From Geobacter metallireducens GS-15 (GTDB lineage: Bacteria; Desulfobacterota; Desulfuromonadia; Geobacterales; Geobacteraceae): a stretch of 32,000 nt of DNA. The notes under the pieces were generated by a model. That model saw nothing but the letters and a program-made list of their open reading frames with translations. It was not told the origin of the DNA and did no database searches. The translations under genes and the position numbers were made by a program. Location of the stretch: contig NC_007517.1 of assembly GCF_000012925.1 (NCBI RefSeq), positions 2,340,001 to 2,372,000 of the forward strand, written 5' to 3'. Every line of letters begins with the position of its first letter. The first letter of the stretch is position 1. Positions 1 through 7,468 of the stretch are shown piece by piece.

Positions 1-1138
1 TCTTCCCCACCAGGGAGAAGATCTTGGTCCCCGTGCTCCCCGCGGTGCCGTACGAGGTGAACCAGTCCGCCCCCTTGGTGATGATCTGGGTAACGTTTGC
101 CCAGGTCTCTACGTTGTTCAGGACGCTCGGGTGGTCCCAGACCCCCTTGACAGCGGTATGAATGTACTTGGGCCGCGGCTCGCCGGCTCGCCCCTCCAGA
201 GCCGTCATGAGTGCCGAGGATTCGCCGCAGACAAAGGCGCCGGCACCCATGTGGACCTTGACGGTGAAATCAAAACCCGACCCGAGGATATCCTTGCCGA
301 CGAACCCGCGCTCACTGGCCTGCCGGATAGCGAGGTTGATGTTCTCGACGGCCAGGGGATATTCCTGGCGGACGTAGATGAACCCCTCATGGGCACCGAC
401 CGCATAGGCGCCGATGATCAGGCCTTCGAGGATCGAGTGGGGATTCCCCTCGATGAGCGCCCGGTCCATGAAGGCGCCGGGGTCACCCTCGTCGGCGTTG
501 ACGATCACGTACTTGATCGGGTCCGGGGCATTGCGGGACTCTTCCCACTTGCGCCAGGCGGGGAATCCGCCCCCTCCCCTCCCCCGCAGGTTCGACTTCT
601 TGATCTCCCCCATCACGTCTTCCGGGGTCATCTGGAAGAGAACCTTGGAGAGGGCCGAGTAGCCGCCGATGGCGAGATAGTCGTCCATGCTCTTGGAATC
701 GAGCCGGAGGTTCTCGCTGAGGATGTTGCGCTGCTGGTTCTTGTAGAAGGGAATATCCGACTCCCGCAGCGCCCTTGTTCCCGTGGCCGGATCCTCGTAG
801 AGGAGGCGGTCCACCACCTTTTTCTCCTTGATGGTGTGGGAGACGATCTCGGGTACGTCCTCGGGCTTCACCTTGAGATAGCAGATCCCCTCGGGGTAGA
901 TCATCACGATGGGCCCGCGTTCGCAAAAGCCGGGACAGCCGGTTCCCTTGGTGTTCACTTCAGTCGTCAGGCCATGGAATTCAAGCTCCGTCTTGAAGGC
1001 CGCGATGACCTCGGCTGCCCCGGAGGCGAGGCAGCCGGCACCGGCGCATACCGAGATGCACGGCTTGGTCGGGTCAATGCGGGAGACGATGTCCTTCCTG
1101 GCACATTCCAATTTTTCAGGGGAGCTTAACCTTGTCAT
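1..1138 (-). CDS. bamH: NuoF/HoxF-like NAD(P)H-binding FMN/FeS flavoprotein subunit of class II benzoyl-CoA reductase (BamH-like). The N-terminal 379 codons are present; the 3' end runs off the window.
   Basis: Not in the ORF track because it is open to the window edge. My reverse-strand translation from ATG 1138..1136 (GGGTGA 4 nt upstream) reads MTRLSSPEKLECARKDIV... It has a thioredoxin-like 2Fe-2S region (CISVCAGAGC...GCPGFCERGP). It also has NuoF hallmarks GRGGGGFPAWRKW, NADEGDPGAF and GAGAFVCGESSAL. It starts 10 nt after the bamG stop. Confidence 0.85.
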   Translation of the reverse strand, partial: MTRLSSPEKLECARKDIVSRIDPTKPCISVCAGAGCLASGAAEVIAAFKTELEFHGLTTEVNTKGTGCPGFCERGPIVMIYPEGICYLKVKPEDVPEIVSHTIKEKKVVDRLLYEDPATGTRALRESDIPFYKNQQRNILSENLRLDSKSMDDYLAIGGYSALSKVLFQMTPEDVMGEIKKSNLRGRGGGGFPAWRKWEESRNAPDPIKYVIVNADEGDPGAFMDRALIEGNPHSILEGLIIGAYAVGAHEGFIYVRQEYPLAVENINLAIRQASERGFVGKDILGSGFDFTVKVHMGAGAFVCGESSALMTALEGRAGEPRPKYIHTAVKGVWDHPSVLNNVETWANVTQIITKGADWFTSYGTAGSTGTKIFSLVGK

Positions 1139-1147
1139 AAATCACCC

Positions 1148-1600
1148 TTACTCGCAGTTATTCAGCACGGATGCAATCTGGGACGGGGCAATGTTGCCAT
1201 GGTGTTTGCCGTCCACTTCCATAACCGGCCCGAGGGCGCAGCAGCCGAGACAGTTAACGGTTTCGACGCTGAACTTCAGGTCGGAGTCCGTCTCGCCGGA
1301 CTTGACGCCGGTCACCTCCTGCACCGTGTCGAGGACCCGCTGGGCGCCCCGGACGTGGCAGGCAGTCCCCATGCAGACGTGAACCTGATGACGCCCCTTC
1401 GGAACGAGGCTGAAGGCCTTGTAAAACGTGGCAATGTGCGTGATGCGGCTCATGGGCACCTGCAGTCTCTCACAGACTCTTTTCAGCGCCTCCTTGGGCA
1501 ACCAATTGTGCTCGCTCTGGATATCCAGCAGGATCTGTATGAGCGAACTGGCTTCACCGTCATGCTTGTCAATAATCTGGTCTATTCTAGAGATATCCAT
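1148..1600 (-). CDS. bamG: NuoE/HoxE-like thioredoxin-fold [2Fe-2S] ferredoxin subunit (BamG-like)
   Basis: The ORF 1148..1633 contains CMGTACHVRGA...CLGCCALGP, the NuoE 2Fe-2S pattern. I prefer the internal ATG at 1600 (MDISRIDQII) because GGAGGAAAAGGAAGG lies just upstream. The start at 1633 is an alternative. Confidence 0.85.
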   Translation of the reverse strand: MDISRIDQIIDKHDGEASSLIQILLDIQSEHNWLPKEALKRVCERLQVPMSRITHIATFYKAFSLVPKGRHQVHVCMGTACHVRGAQRVLDTVQEVTGVKSGETDSDLKFSVETVNCLGCCALGPVMEVDGKHHGNIAPSQIASVLNNCE

Positions 1601-1788
1601 GGTCGCCTTCCTTTTCCTCCGAGGCACTTGCAAAACTATTGCGGGTCCGGTCTGCGTTGTTGCCGCTTGCTCGAAAGCTCAACGTACCAACGGGTACGCT
1701 TCACTTCCTCGCTCGCTTGCGCCTAGCATCCCGGCCTCCTCATCACGTTTTGCACGTGCCTCTTCCGTAGTCCGCATCCGCCTTTGTA

Positions 1789-2556
1789 TCAGGCCAGTGC
1801 GTACCGCTTCAGCTCTTCGTCGAACCTGACCAGCCCGTGCATGGTCGCGCTCTTCAAGTGCCGTGATACTTCAGATGCGTTCATGCCGAGAGTTGTTACG
1901 ATCTCTCCCGTGTTCAGGGGCTTGTCCTGCAGGAGCAGCGTAATCTGGCTCACCGCCAGCTTGTTTGCCACCAGTTCGTCAAAGAGCTTTTTCAGCTCAT
2001 CACTGGCGAAGAAATCAGTGTACTCCTGCTCCGTCTTGAAGCGCTGCCGCAGCCGTTCCCGTTCCACCAGCTTCACATAGGGGACCAGCTTGTTGGCTGC
2101 TTCCAGCCTGAGCTTCAGGGCGCCCGGCTCTATTCCTTCCCCTTTGCCCAACGGCCCCAGTTCCTTCAGCCTCTTGCCGAAGTCGTTCATCACCTCGGCG
2201 TACCGCATCCCCTCCGAGGCGGCGATCCATTCGAGCCGCAGCCGGTCAGGATTGATGCCGATCCGCTCCAGGATCTTCTTGGCGATGTGCACGTTCTTCA
2301 GCACATCGTAGTTGCCTTCGGTGACATAGTGGCATTCGCCGGGCCAGCAGCCGCCGATGAACACCCCGTCCGCCCCCTTGGAGAATGCCCTGAGCACGAA
2401 TGCCAGGTCCACTCTGCCGGTACACATTACGCGGATAATCTTTGTTTCAGTTGTATATTGCAGTCTGGAAACTCCAGCCAGGTCGGCAGCGCCGTACGCT
2501 CACCATGTGCACAGAAAACCGACTACGCTGGGTTTATGATCTCGTCCGGTACTCAT
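1789..2556 (-). CDS. bamF: MvhD/VhuD-like iron-sulfur subunit (BamF-like), predicted selenoprotein with an in-frame TGA at 2502..2500
   Basis: The track ORF (1789..2427) starts at MCTGRVD, which lies inside the conserved MvhD fold. The same frame continues upstream as MSTGRDHKPSVVGFLCTW-TGA-AYGAADLAGVSRLQYTTETKIIRV. Its ATG at 2556 is preceded by GGAAGGAGA. The TGA sits where MvhD-type proteins carry a Cys of the C-x-W-C-x-x-G-A-D-x-A-G motif. Confidence 0.8.
2461..2502 (-). other. Selenocysteine recoding site: UGA (2502..2500) plus a SECIS-like hairpin (2481..2461)
   Basis: On the mRNA, 18 nt after UGA, lies CUGGCUGGAGUUUCCAGACUG. It folds as CUGG(A)/(U)CCAG with a G/U-containing apical loop and a bulged A. 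The loop is about 30 nt from UGA, within the range described for bacterial SECIS elements. Confidence 0.6.
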
Positions 2557-2606
2557 CTGTACTCTCCTTCCCGGGCAACAGCCGCTGCCCTCTGTGTAGT
2601 GCCTTC

Positions 2607-5600
2607 CTAGTGCTCAGGAAAGGCCGCGTCGATCTGGGCACATATCTCGTCGTCCGTGTAGTGTTTCAGATAAATGGCCCCGGTCGGGCATTTAGCGTTG
2701 CAGAGACCGTCACCCTTGCAGAGGATCGGTTCAACCCGCGCCTTTTTACCGTTGGGCGTGTCGACAAAGCTGATTGCACCGTACTTGCAGGCGGTGATGC
2801 AGGCCCCGCAGGAGACGCAGTCGCTCTCGGTCACATCGCATACGGCCCCGGAGGCGGTGACGGTTTCGCGGGAGAGGATCCCCACGGCGCGCCCCGCTGC
2901 GCCGTAAGCCTGGCTGATGGTTTCCGACAGGTGCTTCGGATAGTGGGCCGTGCCGCAGAGGAAGACCCCGTCCGCCGCAAAATCCACCGGCCTGAGCTTC
3001 ACGTGGGCTTCCTGGAAGAAGCCGTCCGGGTTGTTGGAGACCTTGAATAACTTACCTGCATCCTGGCTCGATTCGGCCGGGATGACCGCGGCGGCGAGCA
3101 CCACCAGGTCGGCCTCCAGCTCCATCATCTGCCCCAAGACCGGATCGGGGACCGTTACCTTGAAGCCATCCCCCGCGGCCTCCACCACCGGCTTGGTCTC
3201 CGCCTCGTAGCGGATGAACTTCACGTTCTTCTCCGACGCCTCGCGGTAGTAGGTCTCCTTGAGGCCATAGGTCCGCATGTCCCGGAAGATGATCTGGATC
3301 TCCATCTCCGGATTGATCTCCTTGAGTTTATGGGCGTTCTTGATGGCCTGGCTGCAGCAGACGCGGCTGCAGTAGTTGCGGTCAGCCTGGCGGCAGCCGA
3401 CGCACTGGATCATCACCACGCTCTGGGCGCCCGTCACCTTCTCGCTCTGGCTGACAATCTCCCCTTCCAGCTCCAGCTGGGTCAGGACCCGGTCGCTCTC
3501 GCCGTAGAGGTATTCAGTCGGCTTGTATTCCTGGGCGCCGGTGGCGATCACGGCCACGCCATGCTTCACTTCCCGGTTGCGACCCTGGGAGGTCACCGTG
3601 GTGACGAAGTTCCCCACGTAGCCGGAGACATCGGTGATGTTCGCATCGGTCCAGACATGGACCCGCGGGTGCCGGTAGACCTTTTTGACCAGGTCCGCAA
3701 GGAAGGACTGGACATCCATCCCCTCCAGGGTGTAGTGGAGGCGCCGCGCCATACCGCCCAGGTCATCATCCTTCTCGATGAGGTAAACCTCGAAACCCTG
3801 CTCGGCCATGTTGAGGGCGGCGGTCATGCCGGCCACCCCGCCGCCGACCACGAGTCCCGTGTGGTCCACCGGCAGCTGGAACTCCTGCAGCGGCTCCAGG
3901 TGCGCGGCCCGGGCAACGGACATCCTGACGATCTCTTTTGCCTTCTGGGTGGCGCTCTCCTTCTCGCGGGAGTGGACCCAGGAGCAGTGCTCGCGGATGT
4001 TGGCGAACTCGAAGAAGTACTGGTTGAGCCCCGCTTCCCGGCAGGTATCCCGGAAGAGCGGCTCGTGGGTCCGTGGCGTACAGGCGGCCAGGACGACCCG
4101 GTTGAGCCCCTTTGCCACGATGGCGTCCGAGATCTGCTTGGCGTTCTCCGTGGAGCAGGCGAACAGGTTCTCACCGGCCCAGGCGACGTTGGGGAGCGTG
4201 GCCGCGTATTCAATCACTTCGGGGATATTGACGACCCGGCCGATGTTGGCGCCGCAGTAGCAGACGACGACCCCGATCTTCAACTCCTCCTGGGAGACAT
4301 CCTTCTCCGGCGGGTAGACCCGCTCCCGCTCCAGCCGGCCGCGCCGGTAGGAGAGAAGCTGGCCGCAGAGGGCGCCGGCGCCGCTGGCGGTCACGACCGA
4401 CTCGGGGATGTCGAGGGGGCCCTGGAACGCGCCGCTGACAAAGACCCCTTTGCGGGAGGTTTCGATGGGATTGTACGGATTGTTCTTGCAGAATTTCTGG
4501 TCGGTGAGCTCAATGCCGATCTTGCTCGCCAGGGCCTCCACATCCTTCGGCGGGTTGAGCCCCACCGACAGGACCACCATGTCGAATTCTTCTTCCTTCA
4601 CCCCGTCGTCAACGGTGGAGTAGCGGATGGTGACGTTCTTGGTGCTCTCGATCTCCCGCCCGATGGTCACGTAACTCCGGACAAAGCGCACGTCGGAGAG
4701 CTTTTCCGCCCGCTGGTGGAAGCGCTCGAAGTCCTTGCCATAGGCCCGAACGTCGTTATGGAAGATGGTGGCCTGGAGGTCGGCGTCGTGGTCCTTGGCC
4801 AGGATCACCTGCTTCTGGCTGTAGGCGCAGCAGACGGCCGAACAGTAGTTGTTCCCCCCCTCGTTCACCTGCCGGGAGCCGACACACTGAATCCAGGCGA
4901 TCTTGTGGGGATGCTTCTTGTCCGAGGGGCGCAGGATCTCACCCTCGTAGGGACCGGTGGCGCAGAGAATCCGCTCGAAGTCGAGGCTGGTGACCACGTT
5001 CTGCATCCGGCCGTAGCCGAAATCGCCCCGAAGCTTCGGGTTGAAGGTCTCGTAGCCGGGGGAGAGGATGATCGCCCCCACCTCCACCACCATGGTCTCC
5101 GGCTTCTGGTGGAGATCGATTGCCTTGGTCTTGCAGGCGCCGACGCAGATCTGGCATTTCCCCTCTTTGAGGTAGAGACAGGTCTCCGGGTCCACGTAGG
5201 TGACCAGCGGCACCGCCTGGGAGAAGTAGATGTGAACCGCCTTGTTCTCGGACAGGTTCTGGTTGAACGGATCGGGGATCTTGACCGGGCAGTAGTCCAC
5301 GCAGATGTTGCAGCCGGTGCACTTCTCTTCCGAGATATACCGGGGCTTCTTGGTCAGCGTTACCCGGAAATCTCCCGCCTCGCCGTCGACCCGCTCCACT
5401 TCCGTATAGGTGATGATCTCGATGTTGGGGTTCCTGGCGCATTCGATGAACTTCGGCGACTCGATGCACATGGAACAGTCGTTGGTGGGGAAGGTCTTGT
5501 CCAGCTGGGACATCTTGCCGCCAAGGGCCGGCGATTTGTCGACCAGGAAGACCCGGAACCCCGAATTGGCGAGATCGAGAGCGGCCTGAATACCGCTGAT

Positions 5601-5651
5601 CCCTCCGCCGACAATAAGTACGTCACCAATATTTCTGTCTGAGGTATTCAT
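2607..5651 (-). CDS. bamE: Tandem double HdrA-like FAD/FeS oxidoreductase subunit (BamE-like), 1014 aa
   Basis: There are two Rossmann FAD motifs (VGGGISGIQAA near the N-terminus; VGGGVAGMTAA near residue 610). Each is followed by a CVG(S/C)RQ...YCS.VCC module. 4Fe-4S ferredoxin motifs are present (CTGCNICVDYCP, CQICVGACK, CVSCGACITACK, CKGDGLCNAKCP). Confidence 0.9.
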   Translation of the reverse strand: MNTSDRNIGDVLIVGGGISGIQAALDLANSGFRVFLVDKSPALGGKMSQLDKTFPTNDCSMCIESPKFIECARNPNIEIITYTEVERVDGEAGDFRVTLTKKPRYISEEKCTGCNICVDYCPVKIPDPFNQNLSENKAVHIYFSQAVPLVTYVDPETCLYLKEGKCQICVGACKTKAIDLHQKPETMVVEVGAIILSPGYETFNPKLRGDFGYGRMQNVVTSLDFERILCATGPYEGEILRPSDKKHPHKIAWIQCVGSRQVNEGGNNYCSAVCCAYSQKQVILAKDHDADLQATIFHNDVRAYGKDFERFHQRAEKLSDVRFVRSYVTIGREIESTKNVTIRYSTVDDGVKEEEFDMVVLSVGLNPPKDVEALASKIGIELTDQKFCKNNPYNPIETSRKGVFVSGAFQGPLDIPESVVTASGAGALCGQLLSYRRGRLERERVYPPEKDVSQEELKIGVVVCYCGANIGRVVNIPEVIEYAATLPNVAWAGENLFACSTENAKQISDAIVAKGLNRVVLAACTPRTHEPLFRDTCREAGLNQYFFEFANIREHCSWVHSREKESATQKAKEIVRMSVARAAHLEPLQEFQLPVDHTGLVVGGGVAGMTAALNMAEQGFEVYLIEKDDDLGGMARRLHYTLEGMDVQSFLADLVKKVYRHPRVHVWTDANITDVSGYVGNFVTTVTSQGRNREVKHGVAVIATGAQEYKPTEYLYGESDRVLTQLELEGEIVSQSEKVTGAQSVVMIQCVGCRQADRNYCSRVCCSQAIKNAHKLKEINPEMEIQIIFRDMRTYGLKETYYREASEKNVKFIRYEAETKPVVEAAGDGFKVTVPDPVLGQMMELEADLVVLAAAVIPAESSQDAGKLFKVSNNPDGFFQEAHVKLRPVDFAADGVFLCGTAHYPKHLSETISQAYGAAGRAVGILSRETVTASGAVCDVTESDCVSCGACITACKYGAISFVDTPNGKKARVEPILCKGDGLCNAKCPTGAIYLKHYTDDEICAQIDAAFPEH

Positions 5652-5702
5652 AGAGTTCGCCCTTCGACTGGAATGCTGTTCAATGCTCTGCTTCCGTTGT
5701 TC

Positions 5703-6866
5703 CTAGATCACTTCCAGGATAATTTCCGCCAGGTCCTTCACCTCGACCTTCTCGTGATCCGCCAGATCCAGGCTGCTGTCCGTGAAGTTCGTGATGCAGT
5801 AGGGGCAGGAGGTGGCCAGCACCGTAGCCCCCACGTCTACCGCCTGCCTGATTCTCAGGTCGGCGAACCGCTCTTCCTTCGGCGTTTCCATCCAGATCCG
5901 GCCGCCGCCGCCGCCGCAGCAGAGGCTGCTTTCCCGGTTGTCCGCCATCTCCAGCAGTTCGAGGCCCGGGACCTGCTGCAGCACTTGCCGGGGCTCGTCG
6001 TAGATGCCGTTGTGGCGCCCCAGGTAGCACGGGTCGTGATAGGTCACCTTCTTCGCGAACTCGCCGGTGATCTGGAGCCGCCCCTCGTTGATGAGCTGGC
6101 CGATGTACTGGGAGATGAAGACCACCTCGAAGTTCACCTTGAACTCGGGATACTCGTTCACGAAGGTGTGGTAGCAGTGGGGTGAGGAAACGAGAATCTT
6201 CGTGACGCCGTTATCGATGAACTGCTTGATGTTCTCCTTGGCCAGCCGCTTGAACAGCTCTTCGTTACCGGTCTTGCGGATACTCTCCCCGCAGCAGCTC
6301 TCCTTGGAACCGAGGATGCCGAAATCAACCCCGGCCTTGTTGAGAATGGCGGCGGTAGCAGCGGCCACCTTTCTCATCCTCGGGTCGTAGCTCAGGTAAC
6401 AGCCGGTGAAGTAGAGAAGCTCCATCCCCTCGGCATAGGGCTTGACCGGCAGGTCCTTGGCCCAATCGCCCCGCTGGGTCCGATCGCCCCCCAGGGAGTT
6501 ACCCTCGGAGGTGAGGCTCGCCACCACGTTGCGGATAGTCCCCACGTGGCCGGGATAGACATCGTATTCTGCGCCGATCCGGCGCATGGCGACCCCGGCC
6601 TCAATCTGGTTCACCCCCCTGGGGCAGCGGCTGGGGCAGGTTCCGCAGGTGCTGCAGCGCCAGATGTCTTCCTGTTCGATCTCGGTCAGGCCGAACGTCC
6701 CCTGACGGACGATCTTGCGCATGCTGAACTGCCGTACCCGGTTCCAGGGGCAGACCGAATCGCACAGACCGCACTGGTAGCAGTACTTGAGCGAGTCGCC
6801 CCCCTTCTCTTTGATGACGTCGATGATCTCTTTGTATGGAGTAACGGTTTCCACGATGGCACCCAT
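5703..6866 (-). CDS. bamD: HdrD-like heterodisulfide-reductase-type subunit with 2x[4Fe-4S] and two CCG domains (BamD-like)
   Basis: CYQCGLCDSVCP and CSTCGTCPSRCP ferredoxin motifs are followed by CCG-domain signatures (ESCCGES, SSLCCGGGGG, PYC). Confidence 0.9.
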   Translation of the reverse strand: MGAIVETVTPYKEIIDVIKEKGGDSLKYCYQCGLCDSVCPWNRVRQFSMRKIVRQGTFGLTEIEQEDIWRCSTCGTCPSRCPRGVNQIEAGVAMRRIGAEYDVYPGHVGTIRNVVASLTSEGNSLGGDRTQRGDWAKDLPVKPYAEGMELLYFTGCYLSYDPRMRKVAAATAAILNKAGVDFGILGSKESCCGESIRKTGNEELFKRLAKENIKQFIDNGVTKILVSSPHCYHTFVNEYPEFKVNFEVVFISQYIGQLINEGRLQITGEFAKKVTYHDPCYLGRHNGIYDEPRQVLQQVPGLELLEMADNRESSLCCGGGGGRIWMETPKEERFADLRIRQAVDVGATVLATSCPYCITNFTDSSLDLADHEKVEVKDLAEIILEVI

Positions 6867-6880
6867 CCTGTTCTGTCGAG

Positions 6881-7441
6881 TTAGCGTTTTTTGGTGAGCT
6901 GCTCAACCGTATCGGCGACCACGTCTGCGCCAAATCTGCTGATGAGGGATTCCAGACCTATTTCCATCTCGGTTCTCTTTACGCTCTCGTCGGGCTCTTC
7001 CACTTCCCGCTCCGTGACGCTCAGGGCGCCCACGAGGCACCACTTGACGCAGAGGGGCTCGGGCTCGCCGTCGCAGAGGTCGCACTTGAGGGGAAGGCCC
7101 GAATCGGGCTCCCGGAACAGGTCCCGGGAGGGGCAGGAGGCACGGCAGAACCCGCACTCGTCGTACTCCTTGCCGTCAATGATGAACTTGTCCCTGCCGA
7201 TGCACTCCGACTCGGTGTACTCCCCGGCATAGAGCGGCACATAGATGTCTCTCAGGGGATCGCGCACCACCCTGACCCGGGAGCGTGCCGGATTGTTGCT
7301 GCTGTACGGCGGCATGGCGTGGAAGGCGGAGCAGATCACTTCGCAGGCCCGGCAACCATTGCACTTGTCGGCATCGATATTTATGGTCTTGACTATTCTC
7401 TTCTTCGTCTCGCTGTTCAAGTTCTCGCCCTCCACTCTCAA
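6881..7441 (-). CDS. bamC: Poly-[4Fe-4S] ferredoxin subunit partnering the AOR-like enzyme (BamC-like)
   Basis: Cys clusters are CNGCRACEVIC, CGFCRASCP and CDLCDGEPEPLCVKWC. The start is uncertain. The track start at 7441 is TTG with a poor SD. A TTG at 7420 (MNSETKK) has GGAGGG 7 nt upstream. Confidence 0.85.
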   Translation of the reverse strand: MRVEGENLNSETKKRIVKTINIDADKCNGCRACEVICSAFHAMPPYSSNNPARSRVRVVRDPLRDIYVPLYAGEYTESECIGRDKFIIDGKEYDECGFCRASCPSRDLFREPDSGLPLKCDLCDGEPEPLCVKWCLVGALSVTEREVEEPDESVKRTEMEIGLESLISRFGADVVADTVEQLTKKR

Positions 7442-7468
7442 GTATCGCTGTTGCCCCGGAAGCCTTTT

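Noticed and set aside
131-1129. Long plus-strand ORFs antisense to real genes. Examples: 131-1129, 3330-5642 (770 aa), 7832-9448 (538 aa), 9836-10855, 20998-22143, 25480-26175 frame variants. Minus-strand ORFs 12127-12996, 26056-27003, 28029-28919 and 29920-30762 are of the same kind.
   Set aside because: - Each lies entirely inside a gene with clear family motifs on the other strand or frame.
- Their products are low-complexity and rich in G, R, A, P, V, D and L.
- They lack SD sequences.
- This is the usual stop-codon depletion of 60%-GC coding DNA.
2442-3050. Plus-strand ORFs 2442-3050, 2357-2539 and 2287-2610, which cover the gap between the truncated bamF ORF and bamE.
   Set aside because: The gap is explained by the Sec-containing N-terminus of bamF on the minus strand. 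The plus-strand products have no features and no SD.
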